Origin: Ministeria vibrans ATCC 50519
Taxonomy: Eukaryota > Protista > Filasterea
Reading direction: 5' to 3'
NCBI GenBank assembly: GCA_943704425.1
Contig: CALSCP010000372.1
Coordinates: 1 to 56,560, forward strand
DNA length: 56,560 nt
The translations under genes were made by a program, and so were the position numbers. The notes under the pieces are model-generated. The model worked only from the letters and a program-made list of their open reading frames with translations, ran no database searches and was not told where the DNA came from. Positions 29,832-40,033 of this stretch are shown here, in pieces (the first letter of the stretch is position 1; each line of letters starts with the position of its first letter).

Positions 29832-30214
29832 TGATAATAGTGTTAATAATTGTTGTAGTAAAATTCATAATAAATAGCGAAAATTTGAGGAGTTGTGTTG
29901 TGTTGAGTGTACGAAACTGGTTCCAAAACTCAAGCGAAGCAAAAAAAAGAAGCGATAAAATAGACTCATTGCGGCGTTGAGATCAAAAAGACATGAAAGG
30001 CGTGGTGCGGTGCAAGGAAGATATTGAAGGAAGATCAGTTTTGTCTTTTTTGTCAGGGGCAAACGTGAGTCTGCGTTGGTAATTAATAAGAGATTATTAA
30101 TAATTTGAAGCATAAACTTTTAAGACTGTACATCATTCTCTTGTCGACATAAAAATACTGCTTATAATATTATTCATTCTTATTATTCATTCATAAATTT
30201 TATTCCATTTCATT

Positions 30215-31878
30215 ATGCCACCGGACTGTCCATGTTCCTCTTTTTCAAGCAGCGTTAACAAACGCTTCTATCGAGGCATCGTGCTGCTGTTGGTCGTTGT
30301 AGTGATGTCTCTGTTTGTGATTTGGGGTGCGAGAGATGTCCCATTTCAATCAGTGTCACTTGCAACATTTAACGTTCCTGTGAATGAGACGCTGACGACG
30401 TCCACAGACGTCGAGGGTGCAGCCACGAGCAGCAGCATCCTTGTTTATCAAAATCAAACGGGCTATGTGGCGTACACACCCTCAGGTGGCTGGAACAATC
30501 AGAGGATATCGTTTGAGTTTGCGCTGTGCGTTGCACATCTTCTCAATCGCACTCTTCTTGTCCCTCCCGCCTCTCCACACCCGCCCTCTTTGGTGGACCA
30601 GTCGTCCTTGCGTACTTCCAACTTTTCCGGGTACGACCTTGTGCCAGCAAGCGAACTGATGAGCGTGTGGGACTTTTTGGATCGAGAACAAATTGAAAAG
30701 GTGCGAAAAACGAGAGAAAGTGAGTTTTATTTATTGGTGACTGATCGTAAACGGTAGATGAACCCGATTGTCGATATGGGGCTGGAGTGCCATCCGCCGG
30801 GTCAAGGACAGGCTGAGTGTCTCCGCAAGCAATACGGGTCGGTCTTTCGTGTCTGTCATGATCGCAGAAACGGTGTTTGGACGGATCGTTTACCCGAGCC
30901 AGGTCGGAGAAGAAGATCCATGCATGTCCCACGATTTCTCATCGGTCATCTATTGCACAGATTCCATTTTATTGCATGACTTTCCCATTCGCACCTACCC
31001 GGGCGACAAGCCGCACTGCACTACTCTCGAAGACGAAGCATTCTACAAAGAAAAGACTTTGCCGCTTGTGCGCGGTCTCATCGACGAACTCGGTCCAGTC
31101 ACAGACCGCGTCATTTTGTTTGACGTAACTACCATATTCTCTTCAATTTTAATCGCTTTCTCGTCTCGTATTTTTCCTTATTTGAGAACGCAATTGGTGT
31201 CAAACCTAACTCATTTGTTTGGTCCTTTTTAAAATTATGTAGGATCGCAGTGCATTTGCTGATCTTCGGTTCCACCGTCCACACACCTTTTACGTGTACC
31301 AACGGCTGTTGACCACACACAGTGTTTATGCGCCATTTCTTCTCCAATGTGCGGAAATTCTCCTGATGGAGTTTAGGCTGTTGAGAGCGCGTGAAACATA
31401 TGTTGTGCCCTTCAATGCGATTCATTTGCGGATGAAGGACCGTGCCAAGGGCACAATGCGAACGGTGATCGAGTCGAAGATGAAACTGAAGGATCTCTCA
31501 CTGCCACTGTTTGTCGCAACCAATGTGGATGTGGCGAAGGAGGATTCGGAAAATCGTGCACACGTTCTTGAAGTGCTGAAACAGGTGCTGGGACCCGATG
31601 CACCGCTGGATCGAGTGTACTTCTCCAGTGAGAGCGAGCGAGTGAGGAAGATAATTGAGAAGCGGTACAAAGAGAGTCAGCGGAGCGACATTTGGGGAGC
31701 AGTGGATCAATTGGTGTCGGTGTGGGCGGATGATTTTATTGGGTCGCTCCAGAGCACTTTTGCCATGTTTGTGTATCGCCAGAGAGGCCTGTGGGGTCAG
31801 ATCGGTTGGCGACGCACCTCCGCCATTGAGTGGTTGGGTGCCAGGCGAAACCCCCCTTTGGATGAGCGGGATTTTTGA
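30215..31878 (+). CDS. O-fucosyltransferase-family (POFUT/O-FucT, GT-B) type II membrane glycosyltransferase, copy 1; 3 exons
   Basis: N-terminal TM; GGWNNQR..FE.A...A..LNRTLLVPP, FNAIHLR, LFVATN, DQLVSVWADDFIGS..STF. Confidence 0.82.
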
Positions 31879-31932
31879 AATAATAATTATTAGAAGAATG
31901 TTGTACGTACGTTGGATGTATGAATGAAAGTG

Positions 31933-31958
31933 TATTATTATTATTATTATTATTATTC

Positions 31959-32001
<43 letters not shown>

Positions 32002-32056
32002 CATTATTATCATTATTATTATTATTATTATTATCATTATTATTATCATTATTATT
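31933..32056. repeat. (TAT)n/(TATCAT) trinucleotide repeat between the tandem glycosyltransferase genes
   Basis: Direct reading; explains the poly-Ile ORF. Confidence 0.95.
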
Positions 32057-32203
32057 TTGTAAAAAATAATTTACTTACCATTTTAATGTTCAGATAACTA
32101 CAACAACATTCGTAATTTTCCAGTTTTGTGCGGTTTTGAAAACGCGATCAACAATAATTATAATAATAAAAATAATAATCATCGTCACATTTTTTTGTTA
32201 CTG

Positions 32204-33846
32204 ATGCCGTTTGGCATCCCCTTTTCGACGTACCGGCCCCTTTTGGTCGCCATAGTTCTGTTCCTGTCACTGACAGTGATTTGGAACGGGAGCAATGAGA
32301 ATGAGAGAGCGTTTCAATCAGTGTCAGTCTCACACAATCGTCTCACCGAAACCAAGCGCGTGGACGCACATGGCAGCATGCCTACTCATGATAGCCGTCA
32401 GAGCCAAGTGGGCTATGTGGCGTACGGACCCTCAGGTGGCTGGAACAACCAAAGAATCACGTTTGAGTTTGCGCTGTGCGTTGCACATCTTCTCAATCGC
32501 ACTCTTCTTGTCCCTCCCGCCTCTCCACACCCGCCCTCTTTGGTGGACCAGTCGTCCTTGCGTACTTCCAACTTTTCCGGGTACGACCTTGTGCCAGCAA
32601 GCGAACTGATGAGCGTGTGGGACTTTTTGGATCGAGAACAAATTGAAAAGGTGCGAAAAACGAGAGAAAGTGAGTTTTATTTATTGGTGACTGATCGTAA
32701 ACGGTAGATGAACCCGATTGTCGATATGGGGCTGGAGTGCCATCCGCCGGGTCAAGGACAGGCTGAGTGTCTCCGCAAGCAATACGGGTCGGTCTTTCGT
32801 GTCTGTCATGAACGCAGAAAAGGTTTTTGGACCGATCGCTCAACGCCAGGTTACAATTAATTTTTATGTCTTTTTCTTTCTTTCTTTCTTATTATTATCA
32901 GTAATAATTAATGTTGTACATTATTCTCGTCCTGCGTTGCTTTGTAGTGTTGAGTTCATTGTGAAATTTCCCTTACTCTTCTTTGCGAGTAGGTTCCGTT
33001 CTTCTTCAAAACTTTGCCTATCGAACATACCTCAAGGACAAGCCGCACTGCACCACTCCCGAAGACGAAGCATTCTACAAAGGAAAGACTTTTCCCCTAC
33101 TGCGTAGTGTCATTGACGAACTTGGTCCTGTCACGGAGCAAGTCATCCTAATCGACGTAAGAAACCATAAGAGAATCATATCACGTCATAACAAATCACC
33201 TGTTTAGGACCATAGTGCGTTCGCGGATCTTCGGTTCCACCTTCCACACACGTATCACACGTACCAACGTTTGTTGACCACGCACAGTGTTCATGCGCCT
33301 TTTCTTCTCCAATGTGCGGAAATTCTTCTGAAGGAGTTTGGGCTATTGAATGCGCGCGACACACACGCTGTGCCCTTCAATGCGATCCATTTGCGGATGT
33401 ACACCCGTGCAAAGGTCAAAATGCGAACCGCGTTTGAGCCTGAAACGAGACTCAAGGATGTCTCACTGCCACTGTTTGTTGCAACCAATGTGAATGTGCG
33501 GAAAAACTTAAAAAATCGTCAAGGAGTACTTGACTTGCTGGAAGAGGTGCTGGGACCTGGCGCAAACCTGGATCGAGTGCACTTCTCTACTGAAAGTAAG
33601 CAAGTGGAAAAAATGATTGAGGAGCGGTACAGAGAAAGTCAACGAGGCGACATTTGGGGCGCAGTGGATCAAGTGGTGTCGGTCTTAGCAGATGATTTTA
33701 TGGGATCGCCCCAGAGCACTTTCGCCATGTTCATCTATCGCCAGAGAGGCATTTGGGGTCAAGTGGGCTCACGACGCACGTCTACCATTGAGTGGCTGGG
33801 TGCGAGGCGGAACCCGCCCTTGGATGAGCGGGATTTTATGAAGTGA
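32204..33846 (+). CDS. O-fucosyltransferase-family glycosyltransferase, tandem copy 2; spliced
   Basis: Same motifs as copy 1 and the same C-terminus (IEWLGARRNPPLDERDF). Confidence 0.82.
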
Positions 33847-33938
33847 AAGAAAGAGAAAGAAATGTTGAATGAAAATTGATGTGAAAATATTTATCAATGT
33901 ATTTATGATAAGACTCTTCATTATTCTTTCACACTTTT

Positions 33939-36900
33939 TTACGGCTCACGATAGACAGCACAGCGAGCAGCATTGGAAAGGGAAGAGCCAGAGCCTTGAT
34001 TTGTGCTTGTGATGGACATGTAGTACGTGAAGTCATTTTTTGTGTGATAATCCTAAAAACAAAGACGAACAGTGAGAGTTAGGCTCTCGCTCTTTCTTTC
34101 GTGTATAGTCTCTCTCTTTTCTTTGGGGTGGGCTTACGCAAGAAGAAGTACTACCGCATTCAATTGCAACCTGTTTGCGGAACACAGGCATACACGAGCC
34201 AACCGACGAAAGATCTTGAGTGTAGTGGCCGCCACCACCACCGCCAAATCCAAGGAAAGAGTACCCTACGAGAACAAGTCAACTCACGCGCCTCACACAC
34301 ACTCTCTCTCAGTCTCGCGGTACCACTCCAGAGACTGACCCAGCCTGAGATAGGGGCAGAAGGAATGGAACTGGACATGGAGTGCGCAACCATGACGGCC
34401 TTGGTGGACGTGACAACACGGCAGCGCGACACAGCCGCTGCCGGATTGGTAAGTGTACCCGTGTCCACTGAGAGAGCAGTGAGCCAGTACGCATAGTCAG
34501 AGCCCGTAAAGTAATCGCAACGTGTCGGACTGTCACATTCGGTAAAGGGAATGGCGCGGAAGGTCTTTAGGCACGAGTTGGGACCACCCAGGTCCACCTG
34601 GAACGTAATTCCATCGCCACCAAGACCGTACATAAACGAGTAACCTGTCCAGAGCGAAGTGTATCCGGACGGAGTCGGTGGGATTTGGTTGCTCTGCGAG
34701 TGTCGTGCAAATGTCGCTCCACTGCTCGTCCCGGCTTGCCCTTTACTCCCGGTCGCGCCAGTCGCTCCTTTTTGACCTAATACATTATACATAATGAGAT
34801 TGAGTATAAAATAAATCAAGACAACACACACAAGATGGTAAGTATGCCATTACCCGTTGCTCCTTTGGGTCCAGTGATAGACTGTCCGTTTGCACCAGCG
34901 GCACCCTATAGAAATAAGCGTGAAGAAAGAGAGAGAGTGTGTGTATGTGTGTCAGTGAGTGGATGTGCGTGTGTATGTGTGTGTTGATTGAAGGACTAGC
35001 TGCATTACAACTCAGAAGAAGGGTTAATTTCGGTTTGAATGACGAGTGCGGCAAAAAAAACTGGAGAAAACTCAATTGTTTCCCCTCACACTCCCACACA
35101 TATGTATACCTTAGCGCCTTTTGCCCCGGTAGGTCCAACAACGGATGCGCCAGTAGCGCCTGATGAGAAGAGATCATAAGGAGAGAGGAAAATGGATATG
35201 GCAACAAGCAAGGCAAAAATGAAGAGTAAAATATCAAGAAAAGAGAGAGAAACAAAGACGTGATAGAGAGAGAGAAAAAAAAAAAAAGAGGGGAGACAGA
35301 TGCACAACAATAGGGAATGAAGAATGACTTCACCCGCATACCTTTGGTGCCTTGAACGCCCTGCACTCCCTTGTCACCCTAAATAGAGAAAAAACGAAAT
35401 ATATGATTGAGAGGGAGATTAAGGAGGATAAACAGTTAACAATTGTAAACATGGAAAGTTGGTGACAAGTGAGACCACACTCAAATAAAAGATACCTTCT
35501 GACCAGTGGGCCCAGTTGGCCCAACAATGGAAGCACCAGGAGCACCTAATGAATGGAGAGAGAGAATGAATGAGTTTACTGGCAGATGAATCAAGTATGA
35601 GAGGAAAGGGGGAAAAAAAGTAATGAAAAAGAGAGAGGACTACATTCAAGAAGGAGAAAAAAGGATTTCATGAAGACGATAATAATAAAACACAACAGAA
35701 ACTCATAATCATATAAATTGTTATGTTGATGGTTGGTTGAGTCTCACCTGCTACGCCTTGAATGCCTTGAGTGCCCTGAGCGCCACGATCACCCTATAAG
35801 AACGATAATAATTGTAGGCATGATTAAAAAAAGCATCGTTCGATTTGAGGGCGACGGAAATAACAAACTAGGGTAGGAGATAAAAGTGTCGCATACCTTC
35901 GGTCCGGTTGGTCCGGTAGGGCCAACAATGGAAGCACCGGGAGCACCTGAGTATGATACAAAGAGAGAGAGAGAGGTAATGAGGGGAAAAATGGGGTGGA
36001 ACACACAAAGTGAAACAAAACATAATTCAGAAATGAAAGACAAGTGGAAGACGTCAACCAGTGAGCCCGTTGAGCAACAATCACATGAAAAAAAAGTGAA
36101 TTCTGATGGCAATTGACAATGACAATAACAACTCACACACATACACAGACAAGACGGAGACAGAGAGAGACTGACAGATACACAGAAAGAGACACGATAA
36201 AGCAACATTTCCATTACCTTTAGGGCCTTGTGGGCCAGTAATGGACACGCCCTGGACACCTTGTATTCCCTGACTGCCACGCTCGCCCTAGTAGTACGAT
36301 AGTCCAGTGAGACAAAATAGAATAAGAAAAGAACAAGGCGAAACGACAATACTAATAGAAATTAATTATTATTCACTTTTTCTGCATCACAAACGAGGGG
36401 GGGGGTTGTAATTATGGGGTCGTTAAAATGATAATGGGCTCGAAAATTGTCATTCAAGGAATAAAATGAAAATACAACACAGGCTCACACAGCGCAAATC
36501 GATACTTTTTGTACATACCTTGGGGCCAGTGGGTCCGACAGGGCCCACAATCGAGGCACCAGTAGCGCCTGATGAAAGAAAAGAGGGGAGGATGAGAGAA
36601 AGAAAGAAGGGAAAAGACAGACAGAAAAGAAGATTGCAAATGAGCTGAAGAGAGCCAACAAATATAATGTGTGAGTGTTGTACCTGCGACACCTTGAGCT
36701 CCTTGCAAGCCCTGGTCACCGCGATCACCCTAGGACAAAACAAAAACCGTATTAGACTAATTCTACTTCATTCGTATTGTCAGCAATAGAATTGATAACA
36801 GATTGGATAGTCAACGTTTCTGCGTTTTTTTAAGGTAGAACTCAAAGGGTATCAGCCGATATGCACAATCGCTAATAAAATGTGCGTTACACCTTCCAAA

Positions 36901-39767
36901 AAATTAGATGTCTCGCAAAAATTAAACGCGCAAACACCACCCACAATAAAACAAAATCAACCTATACCTTTTCGCCACGCAATCCAGCGCTTCCAGTACT
37001 CCCTTTCGGGCCTACAATATAAAATCAACAACAAATAAAACACATTCACTCGTACATTCATTCACTCATTCAACCACTCAAACACTCACCCACCCCCATA
37101 TCAAGTCTTACCTGTTGCGCCAGTATCGCCCTTGATAGACTCACCGGGATCTCCCTTATCGCCGCGTGGTCCCGCAACGCCCTGTGATCCCGACAGATCC
37201 TCAAGATAGGTCCATCCCACAGAGTTTCCTTCCCAGACATAGAGTTGTGCACCCGGATTTGACACAAGTGCAAACTCGCCAATCTGCACCGGAAGACCTT
37301 CGTCTGAGACGGGATTGGTTGAGACCATGTCAGCGATAGACGCATACACAATGACAATGGCAAATCCTTGTCCTGTGTCGCCTTTCTACGCCACGTCAAA
37401 AACAAACGGAACCCATCGCAGAGAGTACAGCAATTGGGTGAGTGTGCGTTGTGTTTATTTCATATTTTTCTTACGCTGCCTTTGACTGAATCTCCTTTGT
37501 CTCCCTTGAGCTGTCCAGAGTTAAGACTGCACCACGTAATTGATTAGTAGTAAGCACGACATCGCCTCTCTTACCTTGAAACAAGGGTTGCAACGGAATC
37601 TTTAACGGAGACAATGGCTGCGGCATTAGCGGATACATTGGCTTTGACCTGTTCGACTGTGGATTCATCGACGAGGTTGAGCTGAAGAAGCGCCAGGAGA
37701 CGCACGAGAGTCGCCTCGTCGACGACTGTCGAGCCAATCTGGAGGTTGTTGGTTGCACGAAGGGTCGCACTTGCAACTGTGTTTGTGGCGGTGATGGAGG
37801 AGGCACTCAACGTGTTCGCGGTGAGTGCACCAAGAACAGTCACGGCGTCCGCGTTGATGGTGCTTGTATCGATAGCAGTGCTATAAACGGTGCCGCCTGC
37901 GTGTACGTCTTTGGCAACGTGCGACTCGTGCGACGAGATGTTGTGTACTGTCAGTAGGTTGGTGATGGACGCAGAGGCAGCAGTGAGGTCTGCGGAGAGC
38001 GACAGAGACGCAGCCGAGAGGGACGATGCCACTGTCATGGTCTGCGTTGAGATGGAGGTCGCTGTGAAGGCGTTGGTGGTGAACGCAGTGGACAAGTCAA
38101 CGTTGTTGACGCTCAGTGAGGTGGCACTAAGCGACGCGATGGAGGCTGAGGCGGCCGTAAGCGAGCCTGAGAGGGTCACCGAGGCAGCGGACACACTTGC
38201 GGTGGTGACAGACTGGCTTGTGGTAAGACTCGTCGCTTGCATGGCGCCCGTAATGTCAAGCGAACCACCGGCAATGGCATTGGACACAGTCAGCGTGACA
38301 GCAGTGAGCGTGTCGGACACGGTCGCATTGGTGGCACTCACAGTGCCTAGAGTTGACGAATGAGCGACGCTGAGTGAATCACCCGAGAGCGCACCCGATG
38401 CAGTGATACTTGAAGCGGCGAGTGCGCCCGACACACTCGCCGACTGACCACTAAGTGTATTCGCCGAGAGCACGCCCGTAAAACTGGCCGAGACACCCGA
38501 CACAGAGTTGGTGACGGTAAGACTCTGGGCGTTGATGGCGCTGGTAAACGAGGCAGTGGTGCCGGAGATGGACGCCGCTGAGAGAGACTGGGAAACACTG
38601 AGTGAGTCGGCCGAAATGGCACCCGATGCATTCACAGTGGAGGCAGTGAGTGAGCCCGACACACTCGCTGACTGAACACTAAGTGTGTTAGCAGAGAGAG
38701 CACCCGTGAAACTGGCCGAGGCGCCTGACACGGCGTTGACAACAGCAAGGCTCTGGGCACCGATAGCGCCGGTAAACGAAGCGGTGACGCCTGAGACAGA
38801 CGAAGCCGAGACAGACTGATTAACGGTGAGCGAGTCGGCGGAGAGCGCACCCGACACGCTCGCCGACGCGGTGGTGAGGGACGTTGCGGAGACGGTCGTG
38901 CCCGAGACAGACGAGGCAGAGACAGACTGAGTGACGGTGAGCGAGTCGGCGGAGAGCGCACCCGACACACTCGCCGATGCGGTGGTGAGAGACGTTGCGG
39001 AGACAGTCGTGCCCGAGATAGACGAGGCCGAGACAGACTGAGTGACGGTGAGCGAGTCAGCGGAGAGCGCACCCGACACGCTTGCTGAGACAGTGTCGAG
39101 GGACGTTGCGGAGACAGTTGTGCCCGAAATAGCACCGGTGATGTTCAGGGAGTCGGCCGAGGCGGCACCTGTGAGCGACATGGACTGGCCGGTGAACGAG
39201 GCGGCGCCTACGTTGTTCATGAAGGTCGCCGAAGCGCCTGTCACGTCTGCGGTCGACGCAATACTGGCCGCTGCAACGGCACCCGTGAACGATCCCGTCT
39301 CGCCTGTGAGCACAGTCACACCCAGCGAGGTGATTGTTGCCTCATTGGCGACGGCGAGGATGTTGGTTGCGACGTAGGGAGCCGCGAAGGAGTTTGCCGT
39401 GAGCGACTCCTTCAGGATCAGGTGGTCCGCTGTGATGTTCGTCGCGGCAAACGCAACCCGGTCGATTTCAACACGAACCCCATCGGCGCCCGCGCCAATG
39501 TGTACGACGTCGTCACCCTCTTTGCGGAAGTACGCCGCATTCCTGTGCAAACGTACGACAGACCCAGAAAAAAAAAAAAAAAAAAAAGTTGNNNNNNNNN
39601 NCGTATGGTTAGACTGTTAGTCAATCATCTCCGACATTGTCTCGATTCCGAAAAAATGTTGTGGTCACACTAAAAAGATAAGAAGAAATGAAAGGAACTG
39701 ACTCAAGTTGAGCATGGCAGGTGCTCAGCACGACCATGAGGGTCGCAATACCAGCAATGAAGTTCAT
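33939..39767 (-). CDS. Secreted collagen IV-like chimeric fibre protein: signal peptide, Ser/Ala/Thr repeat shaft, coiled coil, interrupted Gly-X-Y helix, C-terminal NC1 (two C4 repeats); about 16 exons
   Basis: Exon 1 MNFIAGIATLMVVLSTCHAQLE joins in phase to a 2 kb exon (39543-37575); phase-compatible GT-AG microexons give about 70 Gly-X-Y triplets; NC1 reads FARHSQ...LWTGYSFM...DLGGPNSCL..F...PF.EC....C.Y....YAYWL...SRC and AHSM...LWSGYSFL...QDLSSVGSCM..F....IEC....C.Y...ARCAVY. Confidence 0.92.
38400..39130 (-). repeat. Coding tandem repeats in the collagen N-terminal shaft: 111 bp (37 aa) units and 228 bp (76 aa) higher-order units
   Basis: gcgagtc(g/a)gcggagagcgcacccgacac recurs at 38830, 38941 and 39052; cccgacacactcgc at 38427 and 38655. 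Confidence 0.9.
39592..39601. other. Assembly gap (10 N) inside collagen intron 1
   Basis: N run next to a poly-A tract. Confidence 1.
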
Positions 39768-40033
39768 GGAACAAACACAGAAAAAAAGATAATTCGGATT
39801 TCGGTTAATTCGGTACTGGAAAAATATTCTGTCAGTTGTCAGAAAATGGCCGAATTAAAACAAGAAAGAAGCGAACGATATAACTTTTGCGGTCAGCCAG
39901 GTGTATAATGGCGAGTGCGATATCGGGGAGTTCTTCGGGCAGTGACACCAATGAAAAAGCAAATGCTAAGTAATCAACGTCACATTAATTAATGTCATAA
40001 AAATTCAATAAAAATTAATACGTCGTCTTTACT

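Noticed and set aside
29865-30113. 82 aa ORF between the RCC1-like gene and glycosyltransferase copy 1
   Set aside because: AT-rich, no motifs or splice support; likely promoter/UTR.
31498-32049. Poly-Ile ORF
   Set aside because: Derived from the (TAT)n repeat and antisense to glycosyltransferase copy 1.
35110-36730. Regularly spaced short similar sequences resembling a repeat-spacer array
   Set aside because: They are GT-AG-flanked collagen microexons with synonymous variation, not CRISPR repeats.
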